Source: Ignavibacteriota bacterium
GTDB taxonomy: Bacteria > Bacteroidota > Ignavibacteria > UBA10030 > UBA6906
DNA length: 64,000 nt
Direction of reading: 5' to 3'
Assembly: GCA_963801355.1 (NCBI GenBank)
Contig: CAWDEM010000008.1
Location: forward strand, 1,152,001-1,216,000
Shown here: positions 17,262 through 27,764 of the stretch, one piece after another
How the letters are laid out: each line of letters begins with the position of its first letter
Position numbering within the stretch: position 1 is the stretch's first letter
Notes under the pieces: model-generated
The model's input: only the letters and a program-made list of their open reading frames with translations
Told to the model about the DNA's origin: nothing
Databases searched by the model: none
Position numbers and translations under genes: made by a program

Positions 17262-20200
17262 TTATCCCCGCTTCAACCTGGCCAGTCTCGCCCGCGCATC
17301 CGCCGGCTCCGTGTACACCGGATCGGCCTTCCCCCAGACCTTGAGGAATTGCGTGTAGTTCTCGATCGCTTTATCTCTCATCCCTTTCTGTTCATAGAGT
17401 TGTGCGACGCGGTAATAGTAACGGGGAATGATCGGGCCTAGCAAGTGAGGTGGCTTCTTGAGCGCGAGCTCGTAGGAGGTAATCGCGCTGTCAATCATGC
17501 CGCGCTCGACGTAGGCGCGTGGGAGAATGTCAAAGGGTATTGGAATCCAGTCAATCCAGGTGGGCTCGCCGTTCCACGGGGTGCAGAGTGGCCAACTGGC
17601 AGCTGTGAGCGAATCTGGCAAGTGGGTGAGCCAGCTTCTCCTCGGTGTCCAATTCGGCTGGACTTCCGCAGGACGACCCGCCGCAAGGAGGCGAAAGCCC
17701 TTCAACGCGTTCATGAAACAGCGCCCGGTTTCTTCATTCTGCTCCAAATTCGCGGTGTCGCGTTGAGAGAATGCCAGGAGGGTATCCTTTATCCGCTCCA
17801 GTCGCATGTCGATAGAGTCCCTCTTCCCTTCCTGTAAATCCACAAGCCCGAGACAGAATTGGGACAACCACGGCCCGTCCCCTAGCTCTGGTGAGTATGA
17901 AAAATGCAAGCGAGCCTTCTTCCAGTCGCCTCTTTCATACGCACACCATGCTCTCAGCCAATTTATTCCCCCGAGATTGCCATTATTATCGGAATCAGTG
18001 ATATTTTTCTTCTGGAACTCACGCGACATTTTCTGCTCACTCGCTCGGAGGGCTTCTTCAGCCTCCCACAACCGGCCAGACCATACCAAATACCATGCAC
18101 GATACCAGAGGCAATAGCCCCAAAGTAGTGGAGCAGGAGCCATTTCGGATGCGCGAGCAGACCATTTGATTGCTTCCTCGTAATCCTCTTTCAGGAAGTG
18201 CAACTTTGCCAGCGTCATTCCGGCATACCACGCGTCAGGTTTGACCTTAAGAGCTTCCTCGCATTTAGCGATACCTTCGTCGTATCTTCCCAGGATCAGG
18301 AGACACTCTGCCGCAGAGTGGAGGGGGTTTGGATCTCCGGGTTGCAGTTCGGCATATCGTTCAAGCATCTGCATCCCTTTTTCACCCTGTCCATCAAGTA
18401 CGTAACTATACGCAAGTTCATTGTACGCCGGCAGAAAGGCCGGGTCCAGCTGCAGCGCCTTTTCATATTCTGCAATCGCCTGAGTCAATTTTCCCGACCT
18501 TTTCAGCCTCTGCGCATAAACCCGCCTGAACTCGGCATCGAACGAGAAAATCTCGGCGCGCGCCTTAACCCATGACATCAAATCACCTCCCGCTTCCTCG
18601 CGCCCGCGACTTTTCAACAGAGAGGCCTTGAGGCTCGGATCAATAGAGGCTATCACGAACTTTTCTCTTTCGGTCGCTCTGGACGCGTTCTTCACTGCCT
18701 GCTCACGCGCAAACTTTTCGGCTGGCCTGTCTCCAAGGATTGCACAGGGCCCGCTTAGCCAGAGCCACGCGATGGCAAATGTTGAATCTTCCTTCACAGC
18801 AAGTTCGAGGAAGCGGCGAGCATCCTCCCAATTGTACTTGTCGATCTCCCGTTTGCCCCTCTGGAAATACCTCTGCGCCTCGATGGAACTGCTGCTCACC
18901 TCGGCAACAGGCTTGACTGCGGCCTGAGAGCCCAGCTGCGAAACTCCCATTCCGTGCGATACCTGCCTGGCAAGATCATCCACAATCCCGTCTTCCGTAA
19001 GAAAACTCTCGACTTCACGTCCCCGGGCCTTCATTGGGCTTCCCAGTTTCTCACCCGATTGCACATCAATCAGCTCGAGTTCCGCGAGGAAGAGCGGTCC
19101 TGCCTTTGTGTAACTGCCGACACACATGACGTCGATCCCCGCTCTCCGGCACAACAGCAATCCTGTCTCCCTGTCGATAAACTCCACGGAATCTTTGCCG
19201 ACCTGTTTCATCAGCTCGCGCATCCGGTCGGACCGCGTCACGCGGACATACTTCGAGTCCCCCAGTGTCGTGGCGAGAACATCAGGGAGCACGTTCCGAA
19301 GATACTTCAAAGAGTCTTCGCCGGTCTTGTTTTCCATGCTGATAAATGCAATGCCCCTGGGATGAGATGCAAGAGCCTGATCCTGGAGCAACGGGGTGAC
19401 AACAAACAGGCCGACTGCCAGGATCGCCGCTGCCAGTCCTGCCGCGATGAGTCTTCGCCTCAGTTTCCTCTTCTGCTTTGTCTTTGCCGCCCCTGCTGCC
19501 GCAATTGTCCCGCCCGGTTCTTCTTTGCCCCGGGCGATCTTCAGATCTGACAATAGCTCTTCAGCCGTCTGGTACCGCTCCTCCCGATTCTTTGCAAGTG
19601 CCTTGCCAAGAATCTGTTCTATCACCTCCGGTACCTCAGGTCGGACCGATCTGATCGGTTTCGGATCTTCATTCAAGATCGCATAGACAAGTGCCTGTTC
19701 ATAGTCGCTCTTGAATGGCAATTGTCCTGTGAGCATCTCGTACACCACGACTCCCAACGACCAGATGTCACTCCTCTGATCTACCGGTTCTCCGCGCGCC
19801 TGCTCGGGCGACATGTACGCCGCCGTCCCCAGCGTACTTCCCGTCTTCGTCAGCATCGACTGCCCGATGAGTTTCGCCAGCCCGAAGTCCAGTATCTTCA
19901 CTTCACTGTGGTCTGTGAGGAAGATGTTCGCGGGTTTGATGTCACGGTGGACGATCCCGGCCTCGTGTGCCCGTGAGAGTCCCTCTGCTATCTGTATGGC
20001 GATGTCCAGGGCGCGATCGAAGTCCAGGGGGCCCTGATCGATTGTTTTCTTGAGTGTCTGGCCCTCATAGCATGCCATGACGATGAACATCTGCCCATCG
20101 TCAGTATTACCAAAGTCGTGGATGGTGCAGATGTTGGAGTGGTCCAGGGCCGAGGCCGCGCGGGCTTCGTGGATGAAGCGTTCCTGGGCTTCGGGGTCAA

Positions 20201-20336
20201 GGGTGAGAGTTGGAGGGAGGAACTTTAGTGCAACGGTACGATTGAGGCGAGTGTCCTGGGCCTTATAGACGACTCCCATCCCTCCGCCGCCGAGTTTTTC
20301 GAGGATCTTGTAGTGGGAAACAACTTCGCCGACCAT
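17262..20336 (-). CDS. Receptor-like Ser/Thr kinase (kinase-TM-TolB-like-TPR)
   Basis: Intact kinase motifs; basic patch KRKLRRR then TM helix LIAAGLAAAILAVGLFVVT; TPR repeats; conserved tail WGKADP...PADARARLARLK. Start moved to MVGEVVSH. Confidence 0.92.
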   Translation of the reverse strand: MVGEVVSHYKILEKLGGGGMGVVYKAQDTRLNRTVALKFLPPTLTLDPEAQERFIHEARAASALDHSNICTIHDFGNTDDGQMFIVMACYEGQTLKKTIDQGPLDFDRALDIAIQIAEGLSRAHEAGIVHRDIKPANIFLTDHSEVKILDFGLAKLIGQSMLTKTGSTLGTAAYMSPEQARGEPVDQRSDIWSLGVVVYEMLTGQLPFKSDYEQALVYAILNEDPKPIRSVRPEVPEVIEQILGKALAKNREERYQTAEELLSDLKIARGKEEPGGTIAAAGAAKTKQKRKLRRRLIAAGLAAAILAVGLFVVTPLLQDQALASHPRGIAFISMENKTGEDSLKYLRNVLPDVLATTLGDSKYVRVTRSDRMRELMKQVGKDSVEFIDRETGLLLCRRAGIDVMCVGSYTKAGPLFLAELELIDVQSGEKLGSPMKARGREVESFLTEDGIVDDLARQVSHGMGVSQLGSQAAVKPVAEVSSSSIEAQRYFQRGKREIDKYNWEDARRFLELAVKEDSTFAIAWLWLSGPCAILGDRPAEKFAREQAVKNASRATEREKFVIASIDPSLKASLLKSRGREEAGGDLMSWVKARAEIFSFDAEFRRVYAQRLKRSGKLTQAIAEYEKALQLDPAFLPAYNELAYSYVLDGQGEKGMQMLERYAELQPGDPNPLHSAAECLLILGRYDEGIAKCEEALKVKPDAWYAGMTLAKLHFLKEDYEEAIKWSARASEMAPAPLLWGYCLWYRAWYLVWSGRLWEAEEALRASEQKMSREFQKKNITDSDNNGNLGGINWLRAWCAYERGDWKKARLHFSYSPELGDGPWLSQFCLGLVDLQEGKRDSIDMRLERIKDTLLAFSQRDTANLEQNEETGRCFMNALKGFRLLAAGRPAEVQPNWTPRRSWLTHLPDSLTAASWPLCTPWNGEPTWIDWIPIPFDILPRAYVERGMIDSAITSYELALKKPPHLLGPIIPRYYYRVAQLYEQKGMRDKAIENYTQFLKVWGKADPVYTEPADARARLARLKRG

Positions 20337-20421
20337 GGATCGGCCTCGGAAATCATCCATTGTCTACGGCTTCCTGTGCTTAGGTCCAGCCGGAGGCGGG
20401 ACGAGACTCTTTCTCAGTCCC

Positions 20422-21444
20422 CTACAGTCCTATTTTCACCGACAATACCTGGTTGCCATCAAAGAATTTCACGGACCGGTACGCGTAGTCAAACGTCACA
20501 TCCATGTTCCCGACGGTTGCATGGATTCCTACGCCAAGTGAGGGACCATAGATGTTCTCGCGCTCGTCCATCGTCGGTGGTGAATAGTCGTACCCGCCAC
20601 GCGTGAACAGAAGATTCTGGAATCCGTATTCAAAGCCGAAACGGTACGCATCGTCGGTGAAATTGTTGTTCTGAAAAGCAGCTCCCAGGATGAGTGTATT
20701 CTCATCGTCGAAGGTCGTGCGGTAACCGACACCGAGTTCAATGGTAGAGGGCAACTCGAAGGAGGCCGCTTCCACACTGTAGTAGAATTCAGAACGCTCC
20801 AGTCCCGATGCCGTTGCGGCGATGTTAAGCCCCGGACCCTCAAACCTCATCTGGGGCCCTATGTTCTTCACGACGACGCCAAAGCTCAGGCCGTTCAGGT
20901 TGGCGAGGTCGGTGTAGATAACCCCCATGTCAAAAGCAATGCCGGCTGCACTGACTTCAGCCATGCGCTCCGAGATGAGACTGACCGTCCCGCCCACGCG
21001 GATTCTGTCCGTGAGCTGTCTTCCATAAGTCAATCCCAGCGTAAAGAACTGGGGCGAGAATGTCTGGCCTGATCCGTCGGGTGTGTTGGCGGTGGTAAGA
21101 GGGATTTCGCCGATGGAGAGCGCCTTCAGCTGAAGCGCCATCACACCGAAATCGGTGAAATCCACGGCCACAGAGGCACATTCCACACCGATGTCAGCAA
21201 TGTAGTTCATGTGGGAGGCGAAGAGGGTGACGGCACGCTGGGGCCCGGCGATCCCTGCCGGATTCCAGAAGAGAGCTTCCGGCCCGGATGTGAGTGCCAC
21301 GGTTGATCCTCCCATGGCGATATCACGGGTCCCGATGGGAATCAGCAGTTCCGAAGCGCCGTTCGTGCCCGTGCGGTTGCCCGAACCTGCGATCAATGTC
21401 GCAGCGGGCAGCAGACAGGCAAGCATGAGCATGGCGAGTTTCAT
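20422..21444 (-). CDS. PorV/PorQ-family outer-membrane protein (T9SS shuttle-like)
   Basis: Signal peptide; 'L.IPIGTRDIAMGG' and 'ALFWNPAGIA' motifs; amphipathic beta-strands. Confidence 0.85.
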   Translation of the reverse strand: MKLAMLMLACLLPAATLIAGSGNRTGTNGASELLIPIGTRDIAMGGSTVALTSGPEALFWNPAGIAGPQRAVTLFASHMNYIADIGVECASVAVDFTDFGVMALQLKALSIGEIPLTTANTPDGSGQTFSPQFFTLGLTYGRQLTDRIRVGGTVSLISERMAEVSAAGIAFDMGVIYTDLANLNGLSFGVVVKNIGPQMRFEGPGLNIAATASGLERSEFYYSVEAASFELPSTIELGVGYRTTFDDENTLILGAAFQNNNFTDDAYRFGFEYGFQNLLFTRGGYDYSPPTMDERENIYGPSLGVGIHATVGNMDVTFDYAYRSVKFFDGNQVLSVKIGL

Positions 21445-21466
21445 TGGATCACCTTTGCGAGGTTGA

Positions 21467-24400
21467 TCAATACCTGTCGAGGATCTGTTGCTCCTGCACG
21501 ATCGCGATCTTCACAATCTTCGTTGCGTTCACATCGGGCATATCGATATACGCTATGTACAGGCCACTGCCGACCGGAAGTCCCGAATCGTTCTTGAGAT
21601 CCCACCGCTCGAATTGCGAATCATTCTCCCGGTTGATGGTTCGTACCTGAACTCCTGCCAGGTTGAAAATGCGGATTGTCGCTTTTTTCGGAAGGTGGTT
21701 AAACGTCACGAACCGTTGATATTTGTTCAGCTCCTGTGGATTGACGCCATAGTAGGGATTGGGGAAGACATTGATCTGACTCACATCATTCTGCGCAAGC
21801 GTCATGTCGCCGGTTACGTTCTTCGGTGATGTAAACGAGAACGTGTTCCCGGGGAAGTTCATGTGATTGGCAACGATCAGAAATTGATCGTCCGTCCCCC
21901 AATCCACCGCGGCACGGCGGTTTGCGAGCGATATCCACATGAAGGGGAGGCTCGGATCCGTCAGGGCATTTGTCTGAAACGCCGGGTCGGGCGTTTGGCT
22001 GGTATAGGGCGCCGACATGATCCAGAACCACTCGCGCGGACTTGAAGAGCTGCAGTTGTCCACGTAGGCAATGTCCGGCCACCATTTGCCGTCGACACGG
22101 CCTCCGGAAACATTGTTTTCAAGAAATGCCACGGCCAGCCGCCGTGGCGGGTTTGCATCAACGTCCCAGGCCGAGAATGGAATACCCTGGACATAGTCCT
22201 GGAACGCGTAAGTTGCGGTGGCGTCTACGATGAATGGGGCGAACTCTGGTTTTGCCGGCGCGTTCTGAGCACCCCGGAGGAACCGGTAGGCGTAGGATAC
22301 ATTCTCATCGCCGGCTGGGAAAGTGCCGTCGGCCTTTGCCGGAGCCAGCTTGAGCAGGACACTCTTGAGGCCTGAGAATGGCACACCGAATCCGGAGCTC
22401 CCAAGAAGAACATATGCGTAGAAGTCAGTCGAATTCCCCATGGCACCGCTGAAACCTTCCAAGCCGTAAGCATCGGCACCAGACCACGTGAACCTGCGGG
22501 TCCCGCTTGGAATTTGCCATTCCTTCCAACCCGGAGTTGGTCCGGTGACAATGACCTGCACCCCGTCGACCGCCTTGTACTGTTGATCCCCGCTCTGGTT
22601 TTGTTGATCTGCAAGCTTCACCTGGCCGCTTGTGATGTCTCTCAGCTTCCAGGATACCACCCCACCGGCTGTGTCGAAGGCGACTTCATATTGATGTCCG
22701 GTGAGCGTCGCTGGATTCACGATGAGCGGCAGAACCGTGCCGTCGCAAGGGGTGAGTCCAGGAAGCGTTGTGTGGATCACCGGTGCGATTGTATCGCCGT
22801 AGACCGCGGCGTAACGGGTGCCCGGGTCGGGAGAATGAGGGATAACCGTCTTGACGATACTTTGCGTCTCGAGAGTTGCCGGAACCGCGCCCGGGGTCGG
22901 ATTGTAGTTGTACGCCGTAACAGCAAAGTAGTAGGGGTTGCCATTGATCAGCGGTCGTTCATTGTTGAACACGTCTTTCGTGATTCGTAACCATCTCTGG
23001 ACGCCGCTGTCGGCACCATATTGCTTCACTGTTGGTAGGACGGTTCCTTTGGCGGCATCAAACTCGTTGTCTATGATCTTCCCAACACCATCGATGACAT
23101 CGAATGTTGCGATGCGTTTGCCGTCAGCCAGCGATGCCGACGCTGAAGGGAGCTGATACACATTGTACCCTTCGAACGCATATCCCAGCGGACTCGGCAC
23201 CTCGGTGGCCGCCACGGCTGCCGAATCGCCACCCCAGTCAAGTATGATTTCATAGTTGAGCGCCGACGCCGTCGCTTGGGGTTGCGAAGGAGCGCGTGGA
23301 ACAGCGAAGAAATTGTTGTACGCTGCCTGCGCCTGATCATCGTAGAACTTCATGAGGCCGATCGCAGAGAGTCTGTCACATCCGGAAAATGCTCCGGCGC
23401 AAATCTCCGCAATGACAACCTCCTGCGTATCGCCACGCATCATGGTAAACGGTCCCGACGAGATTCCCATCCTCCGATCACCGAATGTCAGCCCGTGTGT
23501 CCCGTCAAGCCAGCCAGTTCGCTTTTCAGGATCGCCCGCGAAGGGAAACTTTGTAGGAGAACCACTGTTTGGATCGACATAGGGTTCACCGGAAACTGCA
23601 AGAAGACCCTGGAGTGCCCTGTACGTTCTGGTGACACCCAGAGCGCCAGCTGCCGCGAGCGGATCCAGGAGCACGGGATCGAGGGCCCCACCTGTGTTGG
23701 CGAAAAATGCCGTCATGGGAAGGTTACGTTTCCCATATACCCGTTTCCCGTTGAAGATAGCAGAGTCGGTGGGCAAGCCCGCGACGATCGGTCCCTGGAA
23801 GAAATCAAATCCCACTGCCGGAGGCGGGAGCGGGGAATACACTTTGTCTGTCTCCTCGCCGTTGTAGACGAATCCAAGACTCCGAGAAGTATCGCACCCG
23901 GCCAGATCATCGCCTGCGTTGCCGTCATCCGGATCCGACCACATCGCCACGAACATACTGTCGAACGGAATGGAGTTACGGTTTATCAGTGCATACCGTC
24001 TGAAGAACATGTAGCCCAGGGCACCTTCACTCCGATATCCCCAGATGGTCGTGTGCATTTCGATTCCCAGCGGAGGAGAGTCAAAGGCCCAGTCGGTATT
24101 GGGAACGTCGCGCGCAACACCCCAGATAGTCTGATCTGCTCCGGGAACACCCGGGATGTCGATTGAGGGTTCATAGGTACCATTCTGATTCTTGTCCTCG
24201 AAGGGAGCTCCTTCCTGCCAAGGCCATTCAGTCCAGTCCTTGTCGTACTGGGAATAGATCTCCGCTGCGCTCCCCTCTCCGTCACCCAATTCCGAGCTGA
24301 TGTCGGCCGTCTGGTTACCCGGGGGGATGTCGGGACGGACGCGATAGATGCGATTCTTAGGCAGGTCCGCTGATTCGGGCTGCATATTGTCCAATATCCT

Positions 24401-24745
24401 GCCCGGCTCAAGAGTTGTTCCCCACGTCACACCTCCGATCCGGATTTCTCCACCCAAACCAGCGTGAGCACCCCACAGGAGACCAGATGCACAGACAGGA
24501 CCTTTGCCACTCCCTTTGGGATAAAAAAGCCCCGGGAGAGCAGCCCAGCTCACCAGACTCCCATCACTGCAACCGTTCACATTGACACTAGTGGAGAGGT
24601 GGTTGATGTTGAATCTAGTCCACGTGGGGGAACCCGTAACTTTCGCGACGGAATTCGCCGGCCGCCGGCCGGTTTCTTTCGCCCGGGCTTCGGGAACCGC
24701 CGAAAGGATCGAGAGCGCAGTCAGAAAACAACAGAGTCGCTTCAT
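21467..24745 (-). CDS. Large secreted protein with variant T9SS CTD, TBDR-associated
   Basis: Signal peptide; Asp-rich Ca-binding-like motifs (DKNQNG, WSDPDDG); FN3-like segment (YYFAVTAY); C-terminal VFPNPYYG...IRIFNLAG...WDLKN...SGLYIAY. Confidence 0.8.
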   Translation of the reverse strand: MKRLCCFLTALSILSAVPEARAKETGRRPANSVAKVTGSPTWTRFNINHLSTSVNVNGCSDGSLVSWAALPGLFYPKGSGKGPVCASGLLWGAHAGLGGEIRIGGVTWGTTLEPGRILDNMQPESADLPKNRIYRVRPDIPPGNQTADISSELGDGEGSAAEIYSQYDKDWTEWPWQEGAPFEDKNQNGTYEPSIDIPGVPGADQTIWGVARDVPNTDWAFDSPPLGIEMHTTIWGYRSEGALGYMFFRRYALINRNSIPFDSMFVAMWSDPDDGNAGDDLAGCDTSRSLGFVYNGEETDKVYSPLPPPAVGFDFFQGPIVAGLPTDSAIFNGKRVYGKRNLPMTAFFANTGGALDPVLLDPLAAAGALGVTRTYRALQGLLAVSGEPYVDPNSGSPTKFPFAGDPEKRTGWLDGTHGLTFGDRRMGISSGPFTMMRGDTQEVVIAEICAGAFSGCDRLSAIGLMKFYDDQAQAAYNNFFAVPRAPSQPQATASALNYEIILDWGGDSAAVAATEVPSPLGYAFEGYNVYQLPSASASLADGKRIATFDVIDGVGKIIDNEFDAAKGTVLPTVKQYGADSGVQRWLRITKDVFNNERPLINGNPYYFAVTAYNYNPTPGAVPATLETQSIVKTVIPHSPDPGTRYAAVYGDTIAPVIHTTLPGLTPCDGTVLPLIVNPATLTGHQYEVAFDTAGGVVSWKLRDITSGQVKLADQQNQSGDQQYKAVDGVQVIVTGPTPGWKEWQIPSGTRRFTWSGADAYGLEGFSGAMGNSTDFYAYVLLGSSGFGVPFSGLKSVLLKLAPAKADGTFPAGDENVSYAYRFLRGAQNAPAKPEFAPFIVDATATYAFQDYVQGIPFSAWDVDANPPRRLAVAFLENNVSGGRVDGKWWPDIAYVDNCSSSSPREWFWIMSAPYTSQTPDPAFQTNALTDPSLPFMWISLANRRAAVDWGTDDQFLIVANHMNFPGNTFSFTSPKNVTGDMTLAQNDVSQINVFPNPYYGVNPQELNKYQRFVTFNHLPKKATIRIFNLAGVQVRTINRENDSQFERWDLKNDSGLPVGSGLYIAYIDMPDVNATKIVKIAIVQEQQILDRY

Positions 24746-24760
24746 GTGTGTCCGCTCCTT

Positions 24761-27715
24761 TCAGTACTCGAGCCTCAAACCGAGGCGAATTTGGCGGGGT
24801 GGGCCGAAGAGATAGGGGTCGTTGAAGTATCCAGAAGGCCGGACGTACGACAGATTCACCAGCCGATAGACGTCCGCATACTGCGGACCATATTTTTGGA
24901 GCAATGCTGAGCTCAGGTCAGGGTTACTCAGGTAACCGTCATCGTCGGCGCTTCCAGTTCGCGACCATACATTGAGCACGTTCCGGTTGTCGAAGAGATT
25001 GATGACGTACAGGGAGATTGTCCAGGCCAGATGGTCTGTGAACCGGATCGTTTTATCCAGACGCAAATCGAATTGGAAGACCCATGGAGTGGTCGATGAG
25101 TTCAACGCCTCGATCGGCCTGCGGTCGCGGGCATAGAATTCATCTGAGTTTGCCGATGAGCGGGTATAGGGATGCCCGCTGTTGAACGTAAAGAGGAGCG
25201 ACGCACCCAGTTCGCTGAGGATGGGACCTCCATCGTCTTTTGCGAATCTGTAATCAACGGATAAATTTCCCCGCACGGCGTTCATGTAGCTGAGGGGGGA
25301 TATGTAGTATGGGGTGAAGGCAGTGTCGGTGCCTGCACCGATGATTCCCCAGTTCGAATTCGGAAATGAACCGGAGCCCCGCGCATCCTGCAAGGAGAGC
25401 GAACCGTTTACCATAAGCCGTTTGTATCTCCGCATAGCGAACATCAACTCGAGCCCTTTTGTCGTCGCGAAGTCCCCGTTGGCATAGGCACCATAGGTGA
25501 TGTACTGGGAAGTGCGGTCGGTTTCTATCACTCTCATCATTATCTGATCCTTGATGTCCTTGTAGTAGCCGGTCACGTCAACCGAGGCGAAATCACCAAT
25601 CTGCTGTGTGAAACCGATCTCGTACTGTGTCGTTCGTTCCGGACGGAGGTCAAACCCAATTGGCGTGGCCGAGTTCGTGAAGATGGAGTAACTGTAAAGG
25701 CCGACATTGATATCCCTCAATCCGGACTGCTGTACGAGCTTGGAATACTGGACGTGAAACACTGTGAGATCTGAAACAGGATAGGCGATGCCGAGACGCG
25801 GAGTGACACTGTGGAACGGAGTGGATTTTCGAAGGCCGTCGGGCTTGATGGCATTGGTATAGAAATCCCGTGTGAGCTCGGGACGGCTGGGGTCGACCGG
25901 CACATACGCTGCTGTGTTTATGTAGTCGTAGCGCAGGCCAATATTCAGAACGAGATCGTTGAACTCCATCCTGTCCTGAATGTACCCCGAGGCAAACACG
26001 GGATGCCTGGGTCCCTGGAAATCATCGCCTTCATACAGGTTTCCGAGAACGTCATAGCCGTAGTTGTTCACCATGAAGTTCCAGATCATGATCTGTTCCA
26101 AAGTCCTCTTCGAGGGATCTCCATCAGCGAGGGCGGCGTTCTGTGCTACGATCCGGCCCAGTACCCGGAGGCCGCCAATCGAGTATGTGCGGATGGTGTA
26201 CCGTTGGAAGTCGCCTCCGAGTTTGACCGTGTGGTAGTCACCAAGGATCGCCGACAACGCAGCATTGAGTGAGATATTCGATCGTCGAAGTTGTATGTAG
26301 TCTGAGATGGGCTGCGTGGGCGCGGCGAAGTAGTAGCCGTAGACAGTTCTAAAGTAGGGAGGCACATAGCGTCCCGTTTGCTGGTCCCCGGGACGACGGT
26401 ACCATGTCACGCCGGCCTCCGCGTTGGCAACGCTGTCTCCGTACCCCCAGAAATTATCCCGCAGTATGGGATCGTACGTTTTGGAGGAATAACCGAACCA
26501 TCCTCCGCTGATCTCTCCGAAGATTTTTGGTGTGAAGAAACAGGTTGCCTTCAACGATCCGAATCCGTCGAGATCAGTCTTCTCCGGAATCCGGGACCGA
26601 TCATCGCCAGGCCAAAAGTCCCGGCCTTCAAGGGAAACATTTCTTGTGTACGACCCGGAGAACCGGAGGAGCAGCGGGTGGAAATCCAGGGCGAGTGTGC
26701 CGGTCCCGTTGTAGGTCTCCTCCGAAAATGCCAGTCGTATCCCTGCCGGATAGTTGAAATTGACGCTGTCTCCTGTACCCGGATCGATCACGGCGCCGAT
26801 GGTAGAACCCGGATACGGCTGGGGGTGTTTGTCGGCCATGTAGTTGTGATTGAATAGGCCGAACAGCTTGACCTTCTCCGACAGCACAGGAGTGCTGATC
26901 ACCGCGTTGAAGTCACTGTACCCATACCAGGTTGTGCCGAGACGCCGTTTCCCTTCCCCCCAGGATTTCTTACTGGCGAATGTGATATTGTCGGTGACAA
27001 ACTCCACCGAAGCCTTGAACTCGCTTCCGCCGGTTCTCAACTGATGCTGCACGATCCCCGCATTGGCACGGCCGTATTCAGCTTCGTACCCGGCAGACTG
27101 GACGGAGATTTCTTCAAGTGCCTGCGACGCGATCGAAATACCGCGCCCTCCGTACTGCGGGTCGGTCACGGAGACCCCTTCGAGGTAGTAGCCTGCCTCG
27201 TCGACTCTCCCGCCCCGAATATAGATGTTCCCGTCCTGGAAGTTGACACCCGGCATGAGGGAGAGGATCTCGTCGACGGACCGGACGGGGAGTGCAAGGA
27301 TCTGATCGGCTGTTGCGATCCGCACGGCGTTCGTCGCGCTCTTGTTCACCAGCGGCCGCTCGGCCACCACGGTGATCGCCTGAATGTTCACGCCTTCGCT
27401 CGGCAACGCGAACTCAGCGTCCGTGGTGAGATCGTTGAGGATACGAATGTCGGCGATTGTCACGGCAGCGTAGCCGATGTAACTTGCCTTCACCGCGTAG
27501 ACGCCGGCGGGGAGATTGATGATGCTGAATTCGCCTTGCTCATCGGCAACTGCGCCGTACTTTGACCCGAGAACAATGACACTCGCGCCGACCAGCGGGT
27601 CTTCGGTGACCCTGTCGATGACCCTGCCTTTTATCTTTCCTGCAGCGACTCCTTCTACCGTCACTGCAACTACGAGAATCAGCCCAAGGAGTATTACTGC
27701 CACGGTTCGTCGCAT
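24761..27715 (-). CDS. TonB-dependent receptor with N-terminal carboxypeptidase-regulatory-like domain
   Basis: GKIKGRVID..PLVGASV; plug motifs IYIRGGR, AEYGRA; barrel motifs GLRYDY, PRLG, LRPERT; C-terminal aromatic residue (LRLEY). Confidence 0.92.
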   Translation of the reverse strand: MRRTVAVILLGLILVVAVTVEGVAAGKIKGRVIDRVTEDPLVGASVIVLGSKYGAVADEQGEFSIINLPAGVYAVKASYIGYAAVTIADIRILNDLTTDAEFALPSEGVNIQAITVVAERPLVNKSATNAVRIATADQILALPVRSVDEILSLMPGVNFQDGNIYIRGGRVDEAGYYLEGVSVTDPQYGGRGISIASQALEEISVQSAGYEAEYGRANAGIVQHQLRTGGSEFKASVEFVTDNITFASKKSWGEGKRRLGTTWYGYSDFNAVISTPVLSEKVKLFGLFNHNYMADKHPQPYPGSTIGAVIDPGTGDSVNFNYPAGIRLAFSEETYNGTGTLALDFHPLLLRFSGSYTRNVSLEGRDFWPGDDRSRIPEKTDLDGFGSLKATCFFTPKIFGEISGGWFGYSSKTYDPILRDNFWGYGDSVANAEAGVTWYRRPGDQQTGRYVPPYFRTVYGYYFAAPTQPISDYIQLRRSNISLNAALSAILGDYHTVKLGGDFQRYTIRTYSIGGLRVLGRIVAQNAALADGDPSKRTLEQIMIWNFMVNNYGYDVLGNLYEGDDFQGPRHPVFASGYIQDRMEFNDLVLNIGLRYDYINTAAYVPVDPSRPELTRDFYTNAIKPDGLRKSTPFHSVTPRLGIAYPVSDLTVFHVQYSKLVQQSGLRDINVGLYSYSIFTNSATPIGFDLRPERTTQYEIGFTQQIGDFASVDVTGYYKDIKDQIMMRVIETDRTSQYITYGAYANGDFATTKGLELMFAMRRYKRLMVNGSLSLQDARGSGSFPNSNWGIIGAGTDTAFTPYYISPLSYMNAVRGNLSVDYRFAKDDGGPILSELGASLLFTFNSGHPYTRSSANSDEFYARDRRPIEALNSSTTPWVFQFDLRLDKTIRFTDHLAWTISLYVINLFDNRNVLNVWSRTGSADDDGYLSNPDLSSALLQKYGPQYADVYRLVNLSYVRPSGYFNDPYLFGPPRQIRLGLRLEY

Positions 27716-27764
27716 GGTGATATCCTCCCGGATGAACGTGTGTCAACAAGACTCATCGACCGGC